Shown: positions 9,062 to 18,000 of the stretch, piece by piece | Layout of the letters: every line of letters begins with the position of its first letter | How positions within the stretch are numbered: the first letter of the stretch is position 1 | NCBI GenBank assembly: GCA_965220265.1 | Contig: CBDCPM010000003.1 | Coordinates: forward strand, 23,673 to 87,672 | Direction: 5' to 3' | DNA length: 64,000 bases | DNA from: Dehalococcoidia bacterium | Lineage (GTDB): Bacteria > Chloroflexota > Dehalococcoidia > Lucifugimonadales > UBA3495 | Position numbers and translations under genes: made by a program | The notes under the pieces: generated by a model | What the model was told of the DNA's origin: nothing | Database searches by the model: none | The model's input: only the letters and a program-made list of their open reading frames with translations

Positions 9062-9477
9062 GGCCCAGCGGAGTGTCCACGAACACCTCGATGAACCGGC
9101 CCGCCGGCAGCAGGCTGCGCGCAAAATCACGCTTCGCTTGAAACGGCGAGATGCAGGCCACCAGCGTCATCACCCCCGCGTCGTGCATCAGGCTCGCCAC
9201 CTCGGCCACGCGACGGACGTTCTCGCGGAGGGCCGCTTCGCTGAAGTCCAGGTCCCGATTCAGGCCGCGGCGCAGGTTGTCGCCGTCCAGCACGTAGGTG
9301 TGATACCCGCAATCATGCAGCCGTCTCGCCAGAGCATTGGCCAGCGTGGTCTTGCCCGCACCGGAGAGTCCGGTGAACCAGAGCGCCAAGGGCTCCTGGC
9401 CCAGCGAGCGCGGCGCACGCGGCCCGCTCCACAGCGCGCCGCGCTCGCACCGCATCGGGCGACCATTGCGACGTCAT
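9062..9477 (-). pseudogene. cysC: APS kinase (cysC) duplicate, 3'-truncated by the IS at 9058 and frameshifted near its 5' end
   Basis: LALWFTGLSGAGKTTLANALARRLHDCGYHTYVLDGDNLRRGLNRDLDFSE... is near-identical to the intact copy at 13690-14325. Homology stops at FVDT. A 1-nt indel relative to the intact copy lies around 9405-9430. Confidence 0.85.
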
Positions 9478-9703
9478 CGCTTCAGGCGGATTGGCCCGCG
9501 GGCCGCGCTCTGGGGGGCTCCAGCGCGGCGGCGCCGGGCCGACCGGCGCCCCAGTACCCGCCTGGCCACCACCCACAGCGACAGCAGGATGATCCGCGTG
9601 TCCAGCCAAGGTCCCATCCGCGCCAGGTAGAGCCGGTCATAGCGCAGCCGGCGCCGCGGCGGCGTGTGGGAGTCCCCGTACACGTGGGCCAGTCCCGCGA
9701 TGC
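9065..9703. repeat. left copy of an approximately 635-bp direct repeat (partner at 13914-14557)
   Basis: Aligned by eye: ...CCAGCGxAGTGTCCACGAACACCTCGATGAACCGGCCCGCCGGCAGCAGGCTGCGCGCAAAATCACGC... through ...GGCGTGTGGGAGTCxCCGTAxACGTGGGCCAGTCCCGCGATGC. Confidence 0.9.
9474..9703 (-). pseudogene. 3' fragment of the priming sugar transferase (duplicate of the 3' end of 14322-15011)
   Basis: YGDSHTPPRRRLRYDRLYLARMGPWLDTRIILLSLWVV... matches the C-terminus of the intact gene. Similarity ends at about 9703. Confidence 0.8.
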
Positions 9704-9795
9704 GCGGTATCCAGAGTGATCAAGTTGCGATAGCATTCACCGATGCGGGACAGGTTGAGATCAACATCCGTCGCCAATGGGGAGGCCAGCGTAGA

Positions 9796-11127
9796 TTGGA
9801 TATAACTGTCATCGGCCTCGGTTACGTCGGTACGGTGGCGGCGGCCAACCTGGCCGCCGCCGGGCATCGGGTACTCGGGATCGACATCGACCCGAGCCGT
9901 ATCGAGCATCTGCGGTCTGGAGCGGTACCCTTTTACGAGCCCGGCCTGGAGGAGATGGTCCAGACCGCCATGGCCCTCGGACGGCTGCGATTCGACCACC
10001 GTGACGCCGTGGACACTCCGCTTGGAGCGGTGGCGCTCGTCGCCACCGGGACACCCCAGGCCGCCAACGGCAGCGCCGACCTGGACCAGGTGAAGTCAGC
10101 GCTGGCCTGGATCAAGTCGCGGCGGCAGAGCGGCGCCGCAGTCGTGATGAAAAGCACCGTGCCGCCGGGAACGGGCCAGCGGATTGTCGAAAACGAACTG
10201 AGGGGCACCGGCCTGCGCTACGTCGCCAACCCCGAGTTTTTGCGCGAAGGGCAGGCGATTGAGGACTGGCGGAACCCGGATCGAATCGTCATCGGCGCCG
10301 ACCCCCATGACGCCGAGGCCATCGCCAGAGTGAAGGCCATGCACGCCGGCATCGAGGCTCCCCATATCATCACGGACATCACCAGCGCCGAGATGATCAA
10401 GTACGCCAACAACGCCCTGCTGGCCACTCGGATCTCCTTCATCAACGAGATCGCCTCCCTCTGCGACCGGGTCGGCGCGTCCGTTGACGCGGTGAGCGAC
10501 GCATTGGCCATGGACCCCAGAAACGGCGGGCGAATCTACGCGGGCGTCGGTTACGGCGGCTCCTGTTTCCCCAAGGACGTCCGCGCTCTGGATCACCTGG
10601 GACTCACCATCGGCGCCAACTCGGAACTGTTGCGTGCGGTCATCAACGTCAACAACCGGCAGAGGCTGCTGCCCCTGTACGCGCTGCGGGAACGCTTTGA
10701 CGGCGACCTCGCCGGCGTCCGGGTCGCCGTCCTGGGACTGTCCTTCAAGCCCAACACCGATGACATCCGCGACGCGCCCGCCATTGACCTCATCGGTGCG
10801 CTGGTCAACGAGGACGCCATCGTGAGCGCCCATGACCCCAGGGCAATGGCGACGGCGCGACCACACCTTTCATCCCGGGTCCACGTCGCCGAAAACGTGC
10901 TGGAGGCCACCCACCAGGCCCAGGCCATCGTGCTGCTTACCGAATGGGAACAGTTCATCAGCGCCGACTGGCAGGAAGTCGCCCGCCACATGCGCCGGCC
11001 CCGCTTCGTGTTCGACGGACGCAACGCGCTGGACGCGCATTCGATGCGGCGCTTGGGGTTCCAGTACGTCGGGGTGGGGCGAAACGGGCAACGCGCCGGT
11101 CCCTCCCCGAGCGCCGCGGTTGGATAG
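9796..11127 (+). CDS. ugd: UDP-glucose 6-dehydrogenase
   Basis: ITVIGLGYVGTVAAANLAAAGH Rossmann motif, NPEFLREG, and the GGSCFPKD catalytic Cys motif. The start is set at TTG 9796, about 10 nt after GGAGG. The ORF track begins further upstream at 9664. Confidence 0.85.
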   Translation: MDITVIGLGYVGTVAAANLAAAGHRVLGIDIDPSRIEHLRSGAVPFYEPGLEEMVQTAMALGRLRFDHRDAVDTPLGAVALVATGTPQAANGSADLDQVKSALAWIKSRRQSGAAVVMKSTVPPGTGQRIVENELRGTGLRYVANPEFLREGQAIEDWRNPDRIVIGADPHDAEAIARVKAMHAGIEAPHIITDITSAEMIKYANNALLATRISFINEIASLCDRVGASVDAVSDALAMDPRNGGRIYAGVGYGGSCFPKDVRALDHLGLTIGANSELLRAVINVNNRQRLLPLYALRERFDGDLAGVRVAVLGLSFKPNTDDIRDAPAIDLIGALVNEDAIVSAHDPRAMATARPHLSSRVHVAENVLEATHQAQAIVLLTEWEQFISADWQEVARHMRRPRFVFDGRNALDAHSMRRLGFQYVGVGRNGQRAGPSPSAAVG

Positions 11128-11326
11128 CGCCGGTTGCGCAGTGGCGCGTTGCCGCCCGCCCGGAAGGGGGGACGATCCGCCGCCAATCCCAGCGCGGCCC
11201 GGCCGGCGCCAGTTGCCGGCGAGCCCCTTTTCACGATGCCCGCCGCCGGCTGGGACGGGCATGCTATAGTCAACCGGAGACGGCCGGCAGCAGCGAGAGC
11301 AACGGCCCGCCGGCGGAGTCGCAGCG

Positions 11327-13705
11327 TTGAACGCAGTCAACAATCCGAGCAGTGAGCCAGCCGAGCCGGACGATCTCCTCTCCCGGTTGAGCCAGGCCAG
11401 CCTTCGCATCACCGAGACCCTGGACCTGGAGGTGGTGCTGCAGGGTGTGGTGGACGGCGCGTGCTCCCTGACCGGAGCCGGGATGGGCGGCATCACCACC
11501 CTGGACGACGCGGGCCAGCTGCAGGACTTCATCACCTCGGGCCTGACCCCCGAGGAGCATCGGCGGTTCCTGGAGCTGCCCGGGGGGCCGGAGTTCTTCG
11601 CCTACCTGAGCAGCTTGCCGGAGCCGCTGCGGCTGGCCGACTTCTCCGCCCACACCCGGGCGGCGGGCCTGCCCGAGATCCTGCCGCCGGTGCAGACCTT
11701 TCTGGGAACGCCGATCCGGCATCTGGGCCGGCAGGTGGGCAATCTCTACCTGTCGGGCAAGGCGGGAGGTCTGGAGTTCACGCGGAAGGACGAGGAGGTG
11801 CTGGTGCTGTTCGCCTCCCAGGCGGCCCTGGCCATCGCCAACGCTCACCGCTACCGGGAGGAACAGCGTTCCCGGGCCGACCTGGAGGCGCTGCTCAACA
11901 CCACCCCGGTGGGCGTGGTGGTATTTGACGCCCGTTCGGGGCGGGTGGTATCGCTCAACCAGGAGGCGAGGCGCATCAGCGGCGGCCTGCTGGCGCCGGG
12001 ACGCACCCTGGACCAGCTCCTGGAGGTGATGGTCTTCCGGCGCCTGGACGGGCGCGAGATCGGCCCGGGCGAGCTCCCCACGGAACGGGCGCTCCGCACC
12101 GGCGAGACGGTGCGCGCCGAGGAGGTGGTGGTGCACTCCCCGGACGGCCAGCGGACCACGGCGCTGATCAACGCCACGCCGATCCGCTCGGAGGACGACG
12201 AGATCGTGTCGGTGCTGGCCACCATACAGGACATATCGCCGCTGGAGGAGCTGGAGCGCATGCGCGCCGAGTTCCTCGGCATGGTGAGCCACCAGCTGCG
12301 GACGCCCCTGACCACCATCAAGGGCGTGGCCGCCACGCTGCTGGGTTCCCCGTCCCCCCTGGACCCACTGGAGGCCCGCCAGTTCTACCGGATCATCGAC
12401 GAGCAGACCGATGTGATGCGCGGCCTGCTCGCCGATCTGCTGGACCTGACGCGCATCGACGTCGGGGAGCTGTCGGTGGCCACCGAACCCACCGAGGTGG
12501 CGGCGCTGGTCAACCAGGCCCGCAACGCGTTCCTGCGCGGCGGCGCCCGCAACCACATCGAGGTGGACCTGGCGCCGGACCTGCCCCGCATCAGCGTGGA
12601 CCGGCAGCGGCTGCTCCAGGTTCTCAACCACCTGTTCGCCAACGCGGCCCGGCACTCGCCCGAGTGGTCCGTCATCAGGGTGGCCGGCGCGCCCATGGAC
12701 ATCTACGTCGAGATCTCCGTCGCCGACGAGGGCAGCGGCGTAGCCGTGGAGCAGCTGCCCCACCTGTTCCGGAAGTTCGGCCGCGCCGACGGCGAGGAGG
12801 CCGGCTGGCGGGCCGGCCGGGACGGCCTGGGACTGGCGATCTGCAAGGGCATCGTGGAGGCCCACGGGGGCCGCATCTGGGCCACCAGCGCCGGAACGGG
12901 ACGCGGCGCCCGGGTCGCCTTCACGGCGCCCTCGGTCGATGAGTACGCCGACCACGCGGCCACCGGCCGGGAGCATCCCCTCCCCGATGTCAGCCAGGAG
13001 GCCCGGGGCAACGAGCGCATCCTCCTGATCTCCGCCGACCGGCAGACCCGGTCCTACCTCCGGAACGCCCTGGCGGCAGCCGGCTATTCCCCCATCGTGA
13101 CCGACAACGCCGGCACCGACAACGCCGGCGACGTGGAGCGTCTGCTGGGGACGGAGCAGCCCCACCTGGTCCTCCTGGACCTGACGCCGCCCGGCCCCGC
13201 GGGAAGCGAGCTGATGCAGCGCCTGCGCCGGACCTCAAACGTCCCGGTGATCTTCCTCTCCCCCCGCGGCGCGGATGCCGACGTCGCCCGGGCCTTTGAG
13301 GTCGGAGCCGCCGACTACCTGGTCAAACCCTTCTCGCCGACCGAACTGGTGGCCCGGATCAGGAACGCGCTCCGGAATCCGGCGGACGCCGGCGACGCCG
13401 CCGAACCCGACCCCTTCGCGCTCCGCGACCTCACCATCGACTACGCCGGACGCGCCGTCGCCATGGCCGGCCAGCCCGTGCATCTGACCCAGGTCGAGTA
13501 CCGCCTGCTCCGCGCCCTCTCCATCAACGTCGGACGGGTGTCGACCCACGCCCAGCTGACGGAACTGGTCTGGGGTCCGGAGGCCCCCATCCGGCCCCAT
13601 CTCCTGCGCACCTACGTGAAGGACATCCGGCACAAGCTGGGCGACGACTCGAAGCGCCCCACCTACCTTTTCACCGAGCCCCGGGTCGGCTACCGCCTGG
13701 GATAG
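11327..13705 (+). CDS. hybrid one-polypeptide two-component protein: GAF-PAS-HisKA-HATPase_c-REC-OmpR/PhoB winged helix
   Basis: H-box SHQLRTPLTTIKG. N-box NHLFANAARHSP. G-boxes DEGSGV and GLGLAICKGIVEAHGG. Receiver elements LVLLDLTPPG, VIFLS and YLVKPF. C-terminus LTQVEYRLLRAL...YVKDIRHKLGD...TEPRVGYRL. Confidence 0.85.
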   Translation: MNAVNNPSSEPAEPDDLLSRLSQASLRITETLDLEVVLQGVVDGACSLTGAGMGGITTLDDAGQLQDFITSGLTPEEHRRFLELPGGPEFFAYLSSLPEPLRLADFSAHTRAAGLPEILPPVQTFLGTPIRHLGRQVGNLYLSGKAGGLEFTRKDEEVLVLFASQAALAIANAHRYREEQRSRADLEALLNTTPVGVVVFDARSGRVVSLNQEARRISGGLLAPGRTLDQLLEVMVFRRLDGREIGPGELPTERALRTGETVRAEEVVVHSPDGQRTTALINATPIRSEDDEIVSVLATIQDISPLEELERMRAEFLGMVSHQLRTPLTTIKGVAATLLGSPSPLDPLEARQFYRIIDEQTDVMRGLLADLLDLTRIDVGELSVATEPTEVAALVNQARNAFLRGGARNHIEVDLAPDLPRISVDRQRLLQVLNHLFANAARHSPEWSVIRVAGAPMDIYVEISVADEGSGVAVEQLPHLFRKFGRADGEEAGWRAGRDGLGLAICKGIVEAHGGRIWATSAGTGRGARVAFTAPSVDEYADHAATGREHPLPDVSQEARGNERILLISADRQTRSYLRNALAAAGYSPIVTDNAGTDNAGDVERLLGTEQPHLVLLDLTPPGPAGSELMQRLRRTSNVPVIFLSPRGADADVARAFEVGAADYLVKPFSPTELVARIRNALRNPADAGDAAEPDPFALRDLTIDYAGRAVAMAGQPVHLTQVEYRLLRALSINVGRVSTHAQLTELVWGPEAPIRPHLLRTYVKDIRHKLGDDSKRPTYLFTEPRVGYRLG

Positions 13706-14325
13706 CCCCGACGCAGCGCCGGCAGCAGCCCGCGGCCGTACAGGTAGTTCATCATCACCTCCACGCACGCGTCCGGAGACCAGTCGCCGGTGTCGATGGT
13801 CAACTCGGGACGCGTCGGCCGTTCGAATGGGGAGTCGATCCCGGTGAAGTCGGTGATTTCGCCAGCCCGGGCGCGCCGGTAGAGGCCCTTGGTGTCGCGC
13901 CGCTCGCACAGCTCCAGCGCAGTGTCCACGAACACCTCGATGAACCGGCCCGCCGGCAGCAGGCTGCGCGCAAAATCACGCTCCGCCTGAAACGGCGAGA
14001 TGCAGGCCACCAGCGTCATCACCCCCGCGTCGTGCATCAGGCTCGCCACCTCGGCCACGCGACGGACGTTCTCGCGGCGGGCCGCTTCGCTGAAGTCCAG
14101 GTCCCGATTCAGGCCGCGGCGCAGGTTGTCGCCGTCCAGCACGTAGGTGTGATACCCGCAATCATGCAACCGTCTCGCCAGAGCATTGGCCAGCGTGGTC
14201 TTGCCCGCACCGGAGAGTCCGGTGAACCAGAGCGCCAGGGGCTCCTGGCCCAGCAGCGCGGCGCGCTCGGCCCGCTCCACAGCGCGCCGCGCCCGCACCG
14301 AATCGGGCGACCATTGCGACGTCAT
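13690..14325 (-). CDS. cysC: adenylylsulfate (APS) kinase
   Basis: Walker A FTGLSGAGKTT, then LDGDNLRRGLNRDLDFS and RRARAGEITDFTGIDSPFE. The start is placed at the internal ATG 14323-14325, which overlaps the upstream gene stop (ATGA). The ORF-track 408-aa version is an over-extension. Confidence 0.9.
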   Translation of the reverse strand: MTSQWSPDSVRARRAVERAERAALLGQEPLALWFTGLSGAGKTTLANALARRLHDCGYHTYVLDGDNLRRGLNRDLDFSEAARRENVRRVAEVASLMHDAGVMTLVACISPFQAERDFARSLLPAGRFIEVFVDTALELCERRDTKGLYRRARAGEITDFTGIDSPFERPTRPELTIDTGDWSPDACVEVMMNYLYGRGLLPALRRGYPRR

Positions 14326-14557
14326 CGCTTCAGCCGGATTGGCCCGCGGGCCGCGCTCTGGGGCGCTCCGGCGCGGCGGCGCCGGGCCGACCCGCGCCGG
14401 AGCCCCAGTACCCGCCTGGTCACCACCCACAGCGACAGCAGGATGATCCGCGTGTCCAGCCCGGGACCCATCCGCGCCAGGTAGAGCCGGTCGTAGCGCA
14501 ACCGGTGTCTGGGCGGCGTGTGGGAGTCTCCGTAAACGTGGGCCAGTCCCGCGATGC
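13914..14557. repeat. right copy of the approximately 635-bp direct repeat (inside the intact cysC and sugar-transferase genes)
   Basis: See the partner entry. Only scattered substitutions and one or two small indels separate the copies. Confidence 0.9.
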
Positions 14558-15011
14558 CCGGACGCACCGCCAGCCGCTCCCCGAAGCCCGGTACCTCCGC
14601 CTCGAACCGCGCCGCCAGCTCCGGTCGCTCCGGTCGCGGTCCCACCAGGCTCATCTCCCCCCGCAGCACGTTCACCACCTGGGGCAGCTCGTCCAGCTCC
14701 GTGGCCCGCAGCAGCCGGCCCACCCGGGTGACCCGGGGGTCGTTCACCATCGCCCACACCGGTCCCACGCCAGCCTCCGCGTCCCGCACCATCGTCCGAA
14801 ACTTGATGATGCGAAAGGGCCTCCCGCCTCTCCCCAGCCGGGCCTGCGTGTAGAACACCGGGCCGCCGTCCCAAAGCCGTATCGCCAGCGGTATCGCCAC
14901 CCACAACGCCACCCACACCGGCAGCAGCAGCAACCCCGCCGCCAGGATGATCGTCAGGTCGTAGGCTCGCTGGTAGCGCGGCATCAGGAGGCTCCGGCGG
15001 CGGCGTCCCAT
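14322..15011 (-). CDS. undecaprenyl-phosphate sugar phosphotransferase (bacterial sugar transferase, small WbaP/EpsL-like)
   Basis: One N-terminal TM helix, then GGPVFYTQARLGRGGRPFRIIKFRTM...DELPQVVNVLRGEMSLVGPRP. Confidence 0.85.
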   Translation of the reverse strand: MGRRRRSLLMPRYQRAYDLTIILAAGLLLLPVWVALWVAIPLAIRLWDGGPVFYTQARLGRGGRPFRIIKFRTMVRDAEAGVGPVWAMVNDPRVTRVGRLLRATELDELPQVVNVLRGEMSLVGPRPERPELAARFEAEVPGFGERLAVRPGIAGLAHVYGDSHTPPRHRLRYDRLYLARMGPGLDTRIILLSLWVVTRRVLGLRRGSARRRRAGAPQSAARGPIRLKR

Positions 15012-15079
15012 CGGGAGGCGGGTCCCGCCGCCAGCTCAGTCATCCCAGGTTGGTCGGTCTTTTTCGGGGCTCCCTCGCC

Positions 15080-18000
15080 TCAGCCGTCCCGGTGGACCGG
15101 CGCCGGCGGCGTCCGCACCCGCGCAGATCCCGACCACTGGCTCTCGCCAGCGTCGTTGACGGCCGCGATGCGGTAGGCGTAGCGGGTATCGGGCTTCACC
15201 CCCCGGTCGGTGAACATCGTGGCGTCGCTGTGAGTGTCATCCACGAGGACACTGAACTGACCCGCCGGGTCCCGGTCCCGATTGCGACGCCAGATGCGGT
15301 AACCGGTGATGCCGTCATCGTTCGGGTTGGCCCAGGTCAACACCACATTCCCGCCGCTGGCCACTGCATTGAGGCCCGTGGGTTTGGCCGGCGCCTGGCC
15401 TCCGGACGGGTTGCCTCCGGGAACGTCGGCGTTGGCCGCCGCCGAGGGCGGACTCTCCCCGTCGCCGTTGCTGGCCGACACCCGGTAGGCGTAACTTCCG
15501 CCCGCCTCAACCGTGCCGTCGGTGTAGCCGGTGTCGGCGTTGCCCGTGTCCGCCACCAGGGTGGCGAACCCGTCGCCGCCCTCCCGGTCCTGCCGCTCAA
15601 TCCGGTAGCCGGTGATGCCGTCGTCCTGCGGGTCGTCCCAGGACAGGGTCACCGCTTCCTCGCTGGCCGTGGCGCCCAGGCCGGTGGGCCGGTCCGGCGG
15701 GCCGCCGGGGATCTCCACCTCCACCGGGCCCGAAGGATCGCTCTCGCCGTAGTCGTTCAGCGCCGTTACCTGGTAGGCGTAACGTCCACCCGGCTCAACC
15801 GACCGGTCGGTGTAGCTGGTGTCAGCGCTGCCCGTGTCCGCCACCAGGGTCCTGAACCCGCCACCCTGGTCCCGGTCCCGCCGCTCGATGCGGTAGCCGG
15901 TGATGCTGTCGTCCTCCGGGTCATCCCAGGACATGGCGGCGTACTCCCGGGTCACCAGGATGTTGGGGGCTTGCCGGGACAGACGCACATCGACGGACTG
16001 GCCGGCCTCAAAGCCCGGGTCGGCCGGGTGCCAGTGGTAGGTCCACAGGGCCTCGCCGCCCTCGTTGACGCCGGATTGCTCGGGGTTAGACTCGCTTACC
16101 CACTTGCCGTCCACGGCCAGGATCATGCGCTCGCCCCTGTTGGGAAGGGCGTGGGACAGGTCCAGCATCACCTCCCCCTGGGCCGGGTTGTAGAGGAGCG
16201 CTTTCACCGTGTAGGTCTGGCCCGGCCGGTGGAATTCGTCATCGCTGAGGCTGCCGCCGGTAGGGCCGCCCACCGAGCCGTAGCCCAGGTACCCGCCGAT
16301 GGCAGCAGGTGTCAAGTTCGCTGACCAGAAGTTGACTCCGGGAGTATCCGGCAGGACCGGGCGTTCCACCTCGACCTGCAAGGCGCCGAAGGTGTTCCCC
16401 AGGCCGCCGGCCTTGGCGCGGGCCTTGCCCTCGTTGACGAAGATGGCCAGGGTTCCGGTGAGAATGTCTTCCACCCGGGCGCTGAAAACGTGCTCGCCGG
16501 CGGAGTTCACCTCCACTTCCTGGAAATCCCTGACGTCCACCAGGGCGCCGCCCACGTACCCCGCCCCGATTTCGCACCGGGGGCCGTCCGGCGGATTCTC
16601 CGGTTCGTCCTCGTAGCAATGGAAATCCTCCACCTCCTCGTTGAAGGTGACGGTGAAGGTGAAGGGCCCCCGGATGGGCTCGCTTTCCTCGGTGGCGATG
16701 GTCACCGACGGCGGCGGCTTGGCTGTCGGCGTCCCGCGCTCCACGTCGGACCAGGCGCCGGTCCCGTTGGCGTTGGTGGCCTGGAGCCGCACCGTGTAGT
16801 CGGTGCCGTTGGTCAGGCCGGTGATGGTATGGCTGGTCTGGTCGGCCGCCTTGTCAACCTCGGTAACGTCGGCGGTGGCCCAACCGGTGACGCTGGACAG
16901 CTTGTACTGCAACGTGTGGCCGGTGATGGCCGCGCCTCCGTCGTCGACGGTCCACCGCACCTGGAGCAGCCCGTTGCCCGCCGATACGTCCACGCTGGGC
17001 TTGCCCGGGACCGTGCTGGGCGTGCCCTTCTTCTCGTCGGACCAGGCGCCGTCGCCGACGCTGTTGGTGGCCAGCACCCGCACCGTGTACTCGGTGCCGT
17101 TGGTCAACCCGGTGATATCGTAGGATGTGGCCGAAGCGCCGGCGGTGTGCTGCCGCGAGACGTTGAAGCCCTGGTTTCCCGACTTCCACTGCACCTTGTA
17201 CCCGGTAATGTCCGTCCCGCCGGTGTCCGTCGGCGCCGTCCAGGCCACGGTGAGCTTCTTGTCGTCCTTGGTGACCGTCACCCCGGTGGGCGCGCCGGGC
17301 TCGTTCAGCGTGGTGAAGGTGTGGGACACGACTCCCGTCGCGAAGGTGCCGTCCAGCGACGCCTGCGCCTGGTACTCGGTGCCGCCGCTCAGCCCGGTCA
17401 GCGGGAACTTGACCTCCGTTCCCATCGTGCTGAGCGTCCTCGCCGTACTCCAGTTCGCATCCGCGGTCTTCTTGTAGCGCATATGGACCGTTTCGCTGGT
17501 GGACTGGGGGTTGGCAATGGTCACCACCACCTTGGCGGTGGTCTTCGCCAGGTCCTCCGTGTCCACGTCGGTTACGCTGGGGCCCGCTACCGGCGCGCCA
17601 GTCGCCTCGTCGGACCAGTCGCTGGCGCCGTTCGCGTTGGTCGCCTTCACCCGCACCGTATAGCTGGTGCCGTTGGTCAGGCCGGTGATGGTGTGGCTGG
17701 TCTGGTCGGCCGCCTTGTCAACCTCGGTGACGTCGGCGCTGGCCCAACCGGCGACGCTGGCCAGCTTGTGCTGCAACGTGTGGCCGGTGATCGCCGAGCC
17801 GCCGTCATCAACCGTCCAACTGACCGTGAGCTCCGTGTTGCCCTGCACTATGCTCACCACCGGCTTGCCCGGGACCGTGCTGGGCGTGCCCTTCTTCTCA
17901 TCGGACCAGGCGCCGTCGCCGACGCTGTTGGTGGCCAGCACCCGCACCGTGTACTCGGTGCCGTTGGTCAGTACGGTGATGTCGTCAGACGTGTCCGCAG

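Noticed and set aside
14326-14916. Upstream part of the 408-aa ORF 13690-14916, which would give a much longer CysC.
   Set aside because: The extension is a G/A/R-rich shadow of the sugar-transferase gene in another frame. CysC homology begins at the internal MTSQW start, which overlaps the transferase stop.
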